Positions 26,087 through 40,296 of a DNA stretch of 64,000 nucleotides are shown here, piece by piece (the stretch's first letter is position 1; each line of letters opens with the position of its first letter). The stretch spans positions 3,596,001 to 3,660,000 of the forward strand of contig CM120646.1 in the NCBI GenBank assembly GCA_051362555.1. Direction: 5' to 3'. The translations under genes and the position numbers were made by a program. This stretch comes from Lingula anatina (lineage: Eukaryota; Animalia; Brachiopoda). The notes below the pieces were generated by a model. It had not been told where the DNA came from, made no database searches, and saw nothing but the letters and a program-made list of their open reading frames with translations.

Positions 26087-29000
26087 CATTAAGTAGGTAC
26101 AGTGAATAATTTAATACTGAAAATCGTGACTTATGCAATTTAGAAAAATGAAATGCACAATATATGTACTTAATTTCTATTTGCAGACGGTCAGAAGAAT
26201 GTCCAAACACTTTTTTTTCGTTTCCAATGGTTTTAAAACCCTAATCCAGCAAAACGTTAGTAATTTATGCAAGCAAGTATCTCATATCTTGGGGCACTTA
26301 CAATGAGACCACTAACGACTAAAACTTAACAAGACCGGGCGAAAACCTACTTCTATTCAAGTTTCCCTTCCTTCTGGCCCTGCACGTGGAAGACCCGCAT
26401 GGTTCACTGTGGCGCGTGACGTTCTTACGTTTCGAGTCTTACGTTACATAAGAGCTCAGTAAGTAGACTGTGCTAGGTGAGATCACCCTCACCAACGCAA
26501 TATGCCTCAATAAACTACGTAGAAAATTTACTAGTTTGTAGTCACAGCTACAAAGCAGACGCACCATCAGTGAAGCAACCAAAAACGCATGACTGATTTT
26601 AAGTAAAAAAAAAATAAAATAAAGTTAAAGCGTTATTCGGATATCCCAATTTTACAAATAATTTTCTGAGGTTTTTATTTTCATTAACAAATCACAATGA
26701 CATCCCCATTTCAGTACATGTTTCAATGTGCAAACAATTTGTAATTTTTTAAAAAATAATTAAAATAATTCTTTTATGACTGTTTGTTTTATTTATTTAT
26801 TAATATATTTATTGATTTATTTTGAGTAATCTGTATTTGATTTTGTTTATAATTATATTTAAGTGCGATATTGGTCCAAAAGCTGCTGAGAGCATTTGTT
26901 TAAAGCCACGTCTATGAAACAATGAAATTCAAAATATTTTCTTATGTTATGTCGCACTCTGTATATAAAGGTTCTCAGTTACACTCTGTAGGCACGCTTA
27001 TTACATAGCAAACGAAACTTGTGTTGTGCAGCCTTTCTAAGATAGAAGTAGGCTAGTCGCACCCACCTTTAAATTGTGACTTCTGAGGAAGTTGTCGTCT
27101 TAATTAGATTTTCATCCTCTAAGATTCTGGTTTCTGACAAAGTGCATTTATTTTGGAGGACATAAAGGACAACTATGTGCATACTGCCATTATTTGAATC
27201 TGTAAAGTCCTGAACTTTTTGGTATTATTTTGCACCAGACACAGTGTGAAACTAAGTCAAGTACGCATGCCATTTTAAAAATGTCATATACCGAGTAATC
27301 TGGGTGCCCCGTTGACAACGAACCTGGTGCGGTGACCTGATAAATGATACACGGCAGCTCTTTTCTCCAAGGAAGTATTGGGATAGAAAAATGGTGCAAA
27401 AGACGTGTAAGAGGATCGGGGCGAAGATCATCTAAATATAGCCAATGTAAAGAGCGTGTTAATGTGTCTAGTAGACCTGAACACCGTTGTAGGCCTAGGA
27501 GTCTTTTTTTTAATAAAAGAACCCAACTGTAGTCCGGAAGTTGCCCTGAACTTCAGTCGTATTCCACATAGATAAAGATTTTAAAATCTAGTCCTGGCCT
27601 GACGATTAGGGCTCATTCCCATTGATACTATTGGTCTACGTTGATGAATCTAACTCCGCGGGGACTCTCGTTGAATACAATCAGTTTAGCAGCCCCCACC
27701 TTCTGGCGTTGAATAGAACATAGAAAAGCTGTTGATTTTAGGAATACGTTGGAAACAATAAGAAGCGTGTTTATCTGTTATAAGGGTCACTCCATGGGAT
27801 ATTTTCCCGTCAAAATGTAATTTTAGAAGTTTCCTCCACTCGTTTGAAAATCCCCCACATCATATTCAAGTCTTGTCAAAGCATCTGATCGATCATGATA
27901 TTTCACTATTCAGACTCTTAGGACAATAAAACCCTTAAAATTGATTAAAAAAGTTTTTCTGAAGCGTACCTTGTGTCGTTATTATCTTCGGTGCGTCGAA
28001 TCCGTTTTATAAATTTGAAAAAAAAGGTGTTTAAATGTGAAGGCTCTTTGCCCATGTTGTTTATCAAAAAAGAACAAAAAAATTAGAACATGTGAACGTT
28101 CTGCACAGCACGGTGAATATGTCGGTGACCCAGATCTTTGAAAGGGTTCCCTGAAGGTAGGGTGTACTTGAACGAGCACCTGCGTTACCAAATACTAAGA
28201 TATAAACTGTACCACTATGCAAAATGTACGTCACGTCTTTTTCAAAACAAAACAAAAAATGAAATAAAATAAAAAAATTAAAAACAATAGAATAAATAAA
28301 TAAATAAATAAAACTCTGAACTTATCCCTTTAAAGACAAAAGTACTGTTTTCAAATCGTATTAAAAATAAGAGTTGATACATGTCGCTGCTAAATCATTC
28401 AAGAACTGATACCGTTTAGGTTTAGCAACTAATTTTTTCTAATTTCTTTTGTTATCTTTTAAACTTTGTAAAATTACTTTGCGAGAAATTAAACTTTAAG
28501 GTTTGAAAACTGGTCTTTTTTGAGGTTTTGCATAATCGCAAACATGACATATCTCAAATCAATCGATTAAAAGGACAGCAGTCACGAATTATTTAAACTT
28601 TACAATTTTGGTCTAGTTTGACTGAGGATAGATCAGTAATAGTTAATTTAAATGAAGTTATGTGGTCTGCTCTTTAAAAAGTTCAAGAAATTTGAGAAGA
28701 GAAAACGAAGAGAACTTTGTGAATCATCCCTCCTTCGTAAATGACGAGTCTGTAGTCGGGACATTTTGCCATTACGGTCACGTACTTGCTGTAAGATTAT
28801 ACCACGTAAACAACAGGGCTTAATTTCATCCCTATTGAACAAAAATATTCTTTACTTGGAACTAACCTCTAACGTGAGGTGACAGCTTTCCTGAGGACAC
28901 GCGCAAGGACATTTCTGTAGCCTAAATTCTCAAAGACACAATGTGTATGTGTGTGTTTTGCTTGAACAGATAATGTAAAACCAAGCACATGTGTCCATAT

Positions 29001-29412
29001 AAAATTAGGCTTGACATTATGATAATGAATTAGAAAAAATATATACAATCGGGGGTGTCTTCTTAAGACACCGATACAAAAGGCAAAACGCTGGCGTAAA
29101 ATACCCAAGTTGACAGATTTTTCTTTTCGTTTCTGACAGATAGGAAATTTGTTATCGCATATAAAATTCACTTCTTATTTATTCGCAAATTGCCATCGTG
29201 CAATTTATCTGCAATAAGTATTTGCTTCGCGTACATTGTACAACTCTGGCACAAGACATCGTTTCCATTAATTGCCAAGTGTTCTAGTCGGTTTTAATAA
29301 TTTACACATGATATTAAAATCGCTTTTTGCTTCATATCATGTCGACTAAAAGCGAAACGTATTTAATTGTGAAAATGGGAAATTGCATTCGTCATCATGG
29401 CCAAAGCCATGG

Positions 29413-29521
29413 CCAATTACACGTGACTGCAGCATGCGTACAGAGATGACAGGTTATTGCAGCATCGTCACTGTCCAATCAAGGTGGATGTTTTTTTTTT
29501 CAACACGTGTAAGTACACGTG
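29413..29521. promoter_or_regulatory. Cluster of three CACGTG E-boxes (two in tandem with a 6-bp spacer) and two CCAAT boxes
   Basis: CACGTG at 29420, 29504 and 29516; CCAAT at 29413 and 29475; about 700 bp upstream of a strong donor (AAG|GTATGT, 30206/7). Confidence 0.5.
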
Positions 29522-30543
29522 GAAACTGATACTCTGTCAATGGGGACGTTCACACACATATCAATACCAAGACCAGCGCTGAATATGGGTATCTACCGTT
29601 GGTTTTTGGTTGTTTGCATGATTTAAAATAAGCCTGATAGCGCGACGCTGGAAGCGGCTACTTGATTGCAAGTTATGGTTGTCACGAAGGGGTGGGGTGG
29701 GAATGGGGGTGGGAATGGGGGAGGGGGTCGGAGTCGGGTGAGGGGGTATCATGGGAGTGAGTCCAGACCGATGTTCAGTGTGGTTGGACATGTGTCTAAA
29801 AGGCTTTATCAGGCAAACCCAGGTCACGTTTCTGTGAACAATCTATCCTCTGACGACACCAGTTAGGCCGTTTATAGGACAATGATTCTAAAGTTAACTT
29901 ACAATACCAACTTACACAAACATTACCACCCCGATCAGACCAACCGAAAACGGCCGATCGTTTGTCGCGTGTAAACATGTCCTAGGCGTCCCCGTGTCAC
30001 CGCCTTCTTATTATTCGGATTTTAAAGCGGTTTCTTGCCGCTATCCTCTTTCCTATCAGAGGAAAACAGGTCGACCGTGACACAAAAAAGTAAATAAAAA
30101 CGAGGCCTGGCAAGGACATCCCCATACGGCAGCAACGTAGAGTTCGAGACACAGCTGTGTTAGAATTGACGTTGAGACATTGTCCAGTGCGCATTAGACT
30201 TGAAAGGTATGTTATTAAAATTGTGTATTAATTCACACCCATTCGTTTTTATTATAAGGTAGACCCTGTAAAGAGCATGGGGTAGGGGGTATGCTAGTGC
30301 ACTTCTGGATAAAGAAAAAACTAATTACTTTAAGTCATGAGGATACTGAGCGCTGATTTTTATTATTTTTATGACTATTATAAGACAAAACTGTTTTGAT
30401 ATGTGCACTGATCACAGTCGCGCGTTCAGAAATAATTTATAGGAAGAACCAAATTAGTATCTGCATAATGATACTGTGGGTAATCAGTCGAGTTTACAAT
30501 AAAATCGATAATTTTGACAATGGCCCTTATCGATAAGTAACGA

Positions 30544-30545
<2 letters not shown>

Positions 30546-30597
<52 letters not shown>
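30546..30597. repeat. (TA)n microsatellite
   Basis: Direct observation; others at about 40246-40292 and 58270-58328. Confidence 0.95.
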
Positions 30598-30602
<5 letters not shown>

Positions 30603-32109
30603 GGCTGCAGTATTATCAGAATTATGTGATGTGCTTCAATGTATGCACGAGATCAGATCCAATAGGTACTCTGTAGGTGAGTGTGTTGAACAGGTGTCAT
30701 GTAAGCGGCAAAGTCTGTATATCGTTTGAAAAGCCAAATACAAGCACAGTAACAACGTTCAGGTAACATAACGCATGAACATAAAAGAAGGTGTAAAGGC
30801 AAAGAGCCGCAGTGTTAGTTAATTAGTTAGGTAGTAAGTAAGTACGTTAGTTACACGCTGTAGTTAGTAAGTTAGTTAATTTATTGGTTGGTACAAATTT
30901 TCAGTGAAAACACCATAAGAAGGGGGGATATTTAAGTATATAAGGAGATTTCAGTATAATAAAAATATGAAGCAAACTTATTATAAAAGTCTCATACGTC
31001 AGATATAAGCGTGCATGTAGAACTCTTGCACTGTTCCTCCATACTAAATTCAACTCAGGTGTTGTCTACGTAAACCAGTAATTAATTTTAATTAAAATTG
31101 AAGTCGATGAAATTTCTACAAGGCACAATCGTGGAAATGACTTCTAGGCGGTATAATTGCTAGCACAGTACCAAGTGCTATTGCAAGCATTGGCCAATAG
31201 CTTTCGCCATTCAGTGCCAGTACATCTGCTTTATAATGCCATCACAAAAGAACACAGATGGGTGATCGAAGCACACTGTTGGTAGTTCTTGCGTGCCAAA
31301 TAACACTTCCACACATGACTCGAATGTAAAGTAGTGCCTGATATATGGTTATTTGTTAAGCGCCACTGCCTCCCCCAAGTAAACGTAGGATAATTATCGG
31401 TTGTGGACAGTTTAGTGCGTTATGTCAAAATCACATGTTGTGTGGATGGCAATGCAGCGTCTTAAAGCTCATGTTGTGTGGATGGCCCGTGCTACACTAT
31501 ATCACATGGGTGGAGAGTGAAACTCCGTGACTGACGACTTGAACATTCAGTGGTACCGGTAATGCCGCCCACCACTGGAAAGATTACAGTGTACAAGGCA
31601 GTAGAATGACCCGCTGGTTGAACAGTGTGGTGTGCACGTGTTAGGCAGTTAAGCACGATGAATTGGCAAGATAATAATAAAAATAACAATGAGTCATGTT
31701 ATGGCACATTCCAAAAAGTGTAAACGCGCCTTACAAACTATAACTTTCCTATCTAAACGCTGACTATATAAAATGTTAATGGCGATAAAAAGAACACAAA
31801 CAAAAAAACTGGCAACTGGATGAATTGCATATCTTCACGGTCTATCCGCTACCGGATCAGTATATGTAGCAATGGGAGGGGTTTCATATTTTACTTGACT
31901 ATTTTGTTTTCATATGTTCATTTATTTTGGTGTGCGAACAGAACTTCCTTGGGGCTTAAATTAAAAATGTCTCCTCTCTTGGCAAAGACCAGGGGCTGTG
32001 GATGTCATTTGGTTATGGGATCTTTGTAAGTGTGACAAGTGCATGCATGTAACTATTTGAAAATTTTATTCCTGTCTTTGAATTTCTCTTATTTTCAGCA
32101 TTTCACAGA

Positions 32110-33662
32110 ATGGCGTCTCTGTGGCCAATACAGTCTTCGCTGGGGGTCTGCCCCCTGTATTCTGACGTCACACTGCACTACAATGAGGAGCATTCTCTAG
32201 GGGACCTTGCCGCCGAGACACAGTGTCCAGGGGCCACCTCACCCATAAAACACTCCAAGAAGATATTCAACTTCTTTCGTTTTGGGCGTAAGTGTTGAGC
32301 CAATTCATATTTGAGAATTATTAAATAGCTATTTATATGTCCTCCATATCATGTGAGATATGAGGTAACAAACACAACAGATAGGTTGATTGCTATTAAT
32401 GTTTGGACAAAATGCCAAACCGAAGTGCGAATTATTACAAAATTTTCTTTTTTCCTTATTTTGTACTTAGTTTAATATATTTACTGATAATTATTAGGGT
32501 TATGAAATAGCTGAGATAGACACATGTATTGACTTAACAAAAGTTTACAATTTCTCAAAGAAAGGTTTTGTCTCAGTAAATATGGCACTTTTTTAGTTGT
32601 AACAGTTTTTAAACATCTCTACCAGCATCTTTTCATGATAATTATGAATGTCTTTTAAATGCGGGACAGATGTGTTATGTAAATATTTTATCATTTATGA
32701 TCATCTCCAGATCTGCACATAAGTTATATATGTCAATTGTATCTTGTCAGACACTGCATATACGCATACACATCAAACATTATGGCAAATTGGCCATACA
32801 ACTTAAACATTATAAAGCAATTCGATTTGAAAAAAAAAAAAAAAAACGAAACTGCAGTGTCTTTCATTTAAGTCGACTACAGTGTATAAGGTGATGTGAG
32901 GATTATAACATATTGAAGGCCACAGTTTTTGCAAAATCTCAGTTGCAAAAAGACTACACTTTGACTATAGACAGAGAGAGCAATGTATTCAAAATGTTAA
33001 AATTGACAAGAAAAGAAGCTAAAAATAGAATAGATATGTAAAAATATCATCAACATATGCAAAAAAAATACCATTTGTTCGGCACAATTCTCTGCTTGAA
33101 GGCCAAGGATTTATCTGTCTTACGAATGCATACACCTCAGGTCACAATATGAATGTAAACATAGCTACGTGACACTATTGGCGGTATATCTATAACGTAA
33201 CTCATAGCTCCTGCCACAATTGTGGAACGATCTAGTTACCGAGATCACCTACTAAAAACAACTTATGAATCTTGTCTGACAAAGGAAAAAGACTGATTCT
33301 TCTTTATGAATCGATGTTTTGATAGGGGAAGGATTGTTTGTTTGGATGCTTGCGCTACTAGCCGAATTACTGAAGCAAAACAGGGCAAGGAATGCAACGG
33401 GATATGTTTTCAAAAACATTGTCGAATTAAAATAAGACGCTTGCCTTAGAAACTCAACTCATCAGTGCACTGTGCTTAATAACTGAGTAACATTATGAAC
33501 AAAAACAGATATTAAAAGGTTCATTTCGTGCTCAGTGAATTTCAGAATAATTAGCAAATTATGCAATTTATTTACTGAGACGGTGTTATTTCAGGACTAA
33601 GACGAAGGAGCAGCTCGGGAGAGAAAGGGAACTGCCCGGGTGAGGCAGAGAGGACCCCCTAA
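32110..33662 (+). CDS. Putative spliced 81-aa small protein of unknown function
   Basis: Acceptor ttattttcag at 32098, ATG in good context (agaATGg) at 32110, donor GTAAGT at 32288, acceptor ttatttcag at 33594, in-phase stop 33660-33662. Both exons are GC-rich against AT-rich flanks. Protein: MASLWPIQSSLGVCPLYSDVTLHYNEEHSLGDLAAETQCPGATSPIKHSKKIFNFFRFGRLRRRSSSGEKGNCPGEAERTP. Confidence 0.55.
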
Positions 33663-35129
33663 ACAAGTTCCTGACCTCTAGTGGGTTCAGAGACTGACTG
33701 TCACTTGTGGCAGGACATGGGTACCGGGCCGTTTATGCGAACTCAGTACGTTGTGTCATGTTTCAGACAACCCAGAGAGCATGTTAAGGGACACGTTGAA
33801 GTGTGCTTTGGACCTGATCTCCAATATAAATATAGTTTGAATACAGCTTGTTGCAGACATTTATTTATTTATTAGACGGGGTAGATGGCTAAATCCCGGC
33901 ATCGTGAACAAAGAATCAATTCAAAATATGACGTGCATTTTTGGCTCATCCGTTATAGCTACTGACATATAATACGTTAATTTCGAAATGATGTTGAGTG
34001 TACAGTATTTAAACAGAAAAACAAAAACATTTAAGCCATTGTGTATTAATCTTTTTTCTCATTAATAAGTTTTCGATTTTTAAGTTTAGATTTAATACAA
34101 ATTCGTTTTAATATTATTTTGATGACTGTAATCCAGAATGTGACGTTTGATCGGACTGTAAAATATCCACATAGTTCAATATAAAAAACTAATAAGTGCA
34201 GGCCAAAAGATTCAAGAAAAAATAGTATTAACAATATTAATGTAAAATTATCATCCAAAATTATGTTTTGATTGTACAAGTGTATATATATGTAAATATG
34301 TTAAAATAAAGCTAAATTGATTAAAAAACATTGCGTTGTTTGTCAATATTTAAATATAAACAAACTTTTACATGAATCAACATGAGCAAAAGAACGTACT
34401 GTAGTGCATTTAACTTAGATTATTTAAACATTTTAAAAACCAATTAATAAAATATTTATTGAAGTAATTCAACATTTATTAATCAAAATTAATTATCGCG
34501 TTCATACCTGCTTTTCTGGTCAAATAATCTACAACAGACATATGGCAATTTTCATGTATCTATTTACGTTCGAGGCTGGAAGCTTTTTTTTTTTCTGTAA
34601 TAATACGAGTGAGATTTTGTTGGACAGCAAGATGCAACTTCTTAAAAACGTCTATAAAAACTTCCCAACATAAAAAAAATCACCTGTTTTTTATTTGTAA
34701 ATCCAAGATACGTTTAACTTGTTGTTTTCACCTTTGCTAGCACGTGTGCCACCATGACACCTTGTGGCATGTTATTTGCTGTCAGAGGATGATGGATAGG
34801 GAAATCACAAAGTGTCCCAGAGAAAACAGTATCGTAAACACTATTCATTTGATGTACGCAGTCTTTTTCTGCTAGGTGCATTGTTAGTCGTATCGCTTTC
34901 AGGTATATATTTCATTGGTAATGTCAATGTTACATTTCACCTTAAAAAACAAATTAAAGAAGGCTAAAGTGTATTTAAATAGACCTGGTCCCGGGTGACA
35001 TAAGGACAGATACATGTGTATCTATTTGCCATAGAATTAGCATTGTGGCCTTTTTGGTTGGTAGATATTTCGGTATAGAATATTGATTTGTTGCTAGCAA
35101 CGGCGTCAGCTGGCGAGCTACTCTAAGGG

Positions 35130-35316
35130 TACATTCCCAGAGATCTAGATTTAGATCGACATAACTCCCTGGGGTTTCACGCTAAATTGCAGTCAGCCAA
35201 GCGCGCACCATAGTTAATTACCTACTTACAGCTTTTAGTAGGCGGACAGACGCTTTAGCCGGCTAAGCTGACTCCCCACAGGGATAGATCGATCTAAAAT
35301 CCATGGGAATGGGGTC
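35130..35316 (+). mobile_element. MITE family B copy
   Basis: Colinear with 5349-5563 and ends in tgggaatggggtct. Confidence 0.75.
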
Positions 35317-36069
35317 TAAGTAGATCATCTAAGAAGATGGTGACTGAGACATTGAAGCTTGTTAAGTATTTCAGAAATGAAGAAAAAATAACAAAATAAA
35401 ATTTTTAAAATATCCCACAAATGTATGTCATTATGTAAATATGATAAAATTGAAACAAACTCAGAAAAAACTATGCTTAGTTAGTAAGTCACTATTCTTT
35501 AGTGAGAAAATAGGACTAATAAACCGTTGTGTTTCAAGGGCTAACATTGTTTCAATAATTAAATACACTTATGATATACATTGCTCTTCAAAAACAAGTG
35601 CGACTTGAACAACTAAAAGACGTCACAACAATAATAATGTTTATTGAGCACTAAATGTGTACATGATTTGGCATTTGCAGGCTCACTATTCTACGACGAC
35701 TAGTATATATACATGCATGCATGCAATAAGTATAAAATGAATATCATATGTTAAATGTTATATCATATATAGCAATGCTAAGAAAGTTTTATATTTTTGA
35801 GATGCATACACGCACGAAAATGCAGTAGTATCGAAGTAGCAAAGAAGCATTAGTGCAGTAGTGGTGTGGAGAATATGTCCAGTAGAAATGAAGTATAGCT
35901 TACTGCAATTCTACTCCAAAAATTACATAGGGTTGTACAGTGGGGAGCATTAATGCAGAAGATTAGCAGCATGATAGAAGCATGTTTCAAATATGCTAAT
36001 TAGCTTCCAAATCTACTCCGATGAAGCAGAGGAAAAGCATTATGCTTATGCTGTACTGCACTGGCGCGC

Positions 36070-37708
36070 ATCGTATACTTCAAAGAGTATAAGAAAAAAT
36101 CGATGCTCGCGCACTGCTCCACGGAGGTACATGTAGGTTTGGAGTATATGAGAAAAAACCAATGCTCGCATACTGCTCTACGGAGGTAGATTTGGAGTAT
36201 ATGAGAAAAAAAAAGCCATGCTCACGCACTGCTCCACGGAGGTAGATTTGGAGTAGATGAGAAAAAAGCAATGCTCAGCGGAGGTAGTTTTAATAATTTA
36301 TTGAGCACAAAGAAATGGTTTACATTTACAGGCTCTCTAACCAAGGCCACACTTTTTTTTATGGATGACATCCTACGCGCGCACCGATTTTCGTCCGTTC
36401 TAAAAAAAAAAAAAGTCGGTTGTCGCTAACGTCCTTATTGAATTTTGCCGGAAAATGAGCTTTCTGCGCATGCCTATTATCGCCACGTGGAAATTGGCGG
36501 CTTTGTCGTCAAATTCATCTCTAGGATTACTGTCAAATTACACGACAATTAAAGTCATAAAGAGGACGGAGGCCGTCGTTTTGGATTGGTATGCCATTGA
36601 TATTTGGCATGGAGATATCATCTTTCTACAATTATACGAAAGGCTGGCGGCGGCCAGCGATTATCGCCCGAAAATTTCAGTGACATTCAGTCCAAAGCAG
36701 CACATACCAGGTTTTTTTTTAGAGAAAACTGGGTCGACAAAGGCGTCGAGGTATTTGGTGGGCTGAAGGTCGGACAGGCCACCCGACAGTTTGGTTGCTT
36801 CGTGCGAATCAAAGTAGACAAAACGGCATCTACCGAAATGACCTTTAATAGACTTGGTACATGTAGTATTAAGCACATCTTTGCATCATTTTTAAATATT
36901 TCTGTGAAGTGTTCATAATGCTTTAATATTCTGAGAGCACAAATAAAGACATACTGTTTGTTCAATATTTGTTTTATTGACTGGTATACCAACAAAATGC
37001 ATTAAATTATCTCAAATAGATTTGGTAATATGCAGCATATCTATTCATGACTTTTTTTTACCTTTCTACGAAGTATTCACAGTGCTGAGAGCATGGATAA
37101 AGACATATTGTCAGTTTGATACGTGTTTCTGTGGTAAATTTGTGTTTCAAGCTGTGTACTGACAGCATTCCTTTACTTAAACAGTATTTTTTTGGACTGT
37201 TTTTTTTTTTTCGCCCTCTCGCACCGATTTCTGGGTGTCCAGAGAATGTCATCCATAAAAATAAAAGTGTGGCCTAATAAAAATATAAAATGATAATTTA
37301 AGTGGTAAACAATGCTCATCCACGCAGGGATACACGCTTTTTGGGATATATGAGAAAAAAGCAATGCTCGCGCACTGCTCCACGGAGGTAGATTTGGACT
37401 ATGTGAGACAAAAAAAAAAAAAAAAAAAAAAAAAAAATGCTCGCGTGTTGCTCCACGGAAGTAGATTAGGAGTATATGAGAAAAAAAAGCAATGCTCGCG
37501 TACTGCTCCACTGAGGTAGATCGGAGAATATAAGAAAAAAAAAAAGCAATGCTCGCGTACTGCTGCGTGAAGGCAGTTTTGGGTATATAAAAAAAAGCAA
37601 CTCGCGTACTGATCCATGGAAGTAGTTTTGGGTATATAAGAAAAAAGCAATGCTCGCGTACTGCTGTGGGGAGGTAGTTTTGGAGTATATATACAGTAAT
37701 TTCAACAG
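36070..37708. repeat. Array of ~55-60-bp tandem repeats (A-run-gcaatgctcgcgtactgctccacggaggtagatttggagtatatgag), probably the subterminal array of a CMC/EnSpm-like non-autonomous element; split by a MITE
   Basis: About 4 units at 36070-36290 and about 7 units at 37310-37690, ending in aatttcaacagg. The superfamily assignment is an inference. Confidence 0.75.
36345..37274. mobile_element. 930-bp non-autonomous TIR element (GGCCACAC termini; Zator- or PIF-like)
   Basis: ggccacactttttttttatggatgacat ... atgtcatccataaaaataaaagtgtggcc; flanks caa / taa (imperfect TWA-type TSD). Confidence 0.75.
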
Positions 37709-38241
37709 GCACCAATAAATTGACAGTCAGCAGATATTCAGTAGCTTCATCCTTGAGGTCTATATATAAAAAAAGACAGATTGAAGTTTCTTTCATAGTT
37801 TATTATTTACACATTTTTCATACAAAATTTCATTTTCAAAAGACTTTGATTTTGAATATGCTGTTCCTTGGAACATCAATTTCTCTTGACAAGTGTGATC
37901 TGATCTGGTGTCCTAAAAAACAAATAAGACAAAATAAATATCTCAGTTCTGGTTCGCTTGATTGTTTTTCTGGGAAGACCTCAACTTTAATAGCAACCAT
38001 GCAAGATAATTAAAAACACCTTTTACAACAATGACTTGCATTAAGTGTTGAAAATACTTCAGCTCAAAACACACACCTATTGTTGTTCTCTGATGACAAA
38101 TATCCTATTCATTCAGTCTTCTGTGGTTTTACCTGGGCTCTATCAAATCAAATAAAACAATTGATATTACAATTCCAGTCCATTTGGTTGATTTTCTAGA
38201 AGTCTATAACTTTAATAGCAGCCAAGGAAATTAAAAGCGCC

Positions 38242-40242
38242 TTAAACAACACTACCATTCATTAACTGGATTAATAAATAATATAATTCTGAAGTGGGTA
38301 CATATATACACACCTTTTTGTTTTTTCTTGATTTACAGGAAAATGATGTAATTTTGCAGGCTATGGCCTGGCGCAGTTGGCCAGGGGTGGCTGGACTGTT
38401 TTTTGAACAGATGTCTGAAACATACAATAGATAAAAACAGATTAAGAAAGATATAGCTAACACTACCCTTAAGTCTACATTATACTTGCAACATTTGTGA
38501 GTTAAAAATGGAAGATTCAAAATCAACAAGTTTCCATTACTTCAAGGGTATATGTGCAATTAGACTACTAAATTAGACCATAAGTTATGTACCTATTATT
38601 GCTTTAATTGTCCTGGGATTCAGCTGCTTCTTCCCCTCAGTAGAGCTATGTAGAGTGCCATTTGCTATTTCTTCACTGCTAAAGAAAACTGACATTAGCC
38701 GCCTAGCCATCCTCAAACCATATTTCACACTACCTTTCTTCATCTTCCCAGGTTTGAAACAAGAAACAAGGTCCGGGCAATGAATATATATCGAGCTGCC
38801 TGGGACCAGCTCAACCATCTAGTGAAAAGACATAATCAGAAATATGATTTAAACTAATTGTTTTATAAATCACTCTCATACAAATAATCAGAAAGGAACA
38901 AGATATGATAAATAATTATTTACATCAAACAACAAACCCACAGGAATGTTGGATGGTAACATTTTGCTTATCATCAAAGAGAAACACAAGCACCATAGAG
39001 TAAATGAGCTAAAATAGAGTTATAGGGATAATAAATCTTCGTATGAGATCTATATTTCACAATAAAAACATTGCAATATAATATATTCTGTTTTACCACA
39101 AAAACGGCAGTTACAGCTATCATTCTGATATCTAAGCTTGTTATCGGACCATGTGACATCCATAGATGGCTATACTCTGTAATAATCTCTTAATTATAAC
39201 ATAAAACCAAACTTTTTAGGAAAAAAACAGGGACTAACTTTGAATGTAGAAATGGATTCATTTAACATTGGTAAGCATGGGAAAATTGTTGTTTACTCTA
39301 GGAAAATTCTTTTTTTTTTTTTTTTTTGTCAAAACGAAGAGTTATTATCCCTTTAACAATGACACATGTCAATGGACATACCGGTACTAGAGGCAAATTT
39401 GTATAAATATTAAAACACATACCTTATATTTTTCTCCAATTTTCTTTGGTAGGGGACCTGGCCTAGGAATTGCATAATCATCCTCTGAAAACAAACCAAA
39501 AAATCCTCATGTATATTCAGCACAATGTGTGTACATTTAGTATTTAAACTGGTATCATATTCCATTCCACTGGACCAAATTTCTCTGTTTTAAGGTTAGT
39601 TATTACAGCTATGCTGCTTGTTATAACAGTTGTTCTATAAACTTCAGTAAGCAAGTTTGGCACTACTTTTAAAGCGTCAAGGGCAGAAACTAAGTATTAA
39701 AATAAAACCTGGCTTAAAGTGAGGCCAGTGCAGTGCTTTTTAAACTGATCGACATGATAGCCCATAGACCTACAGGTTTTGAACATGCTGTTTCTTGAAA
39801 CATCTATGTAAGTGGAGGTTGCCATATTTAAACTGAAAAGTAACCAAAAAAAGAATTGCTGTATAACAACCTACCTATGTATCCCTTACTATGTTCCAAT
39901 GTCTTTACTCTTTTCCGTAGTTTTGCCACCTCTGGAAATACAAGAAGCATTATTTAAATCTCATCAGTCAGGTCTCACGGCTTGAACCACCCTACACTTG
40001 GATAATATGCTTAAAATAGATTCAGATCAAATCATTAGTTCCAATATGTTTTCCACTCTACCTTCAATGTCACAATTTACTATCATTTAACCATTTAACA
40101 ACAACACACTGCACCGGCTTTAAAAAGTTTATTGGTTACAAACTACTCTAGGACTTACACCTAAAACTACAACCAATAACAATTCTTTAATAAAAATATA
40201 AAGTCCTCCAAGAGAGGTAATGAAGCTGATACATAAGCATGC

Positions 40243-40296
<54 letters not shown>

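Noticed and set aside
29561-29866. ORFs with a PTP repeat and FQRRAIRLIL (LINE-like phrase)
   Set aside because: Too short, low complexity, no supporting RT motifs.
36070-37690. Regularly spaced repeats resembling a CRISPR array
   Set aside because: No unique spacers (only A-runs vary), no cas genes, eukaryotic context.
37173-37796. 207-aa and overlapping Phe-rich ORFs
   Set aside because: Translation of the tandem array and poly-T runs.
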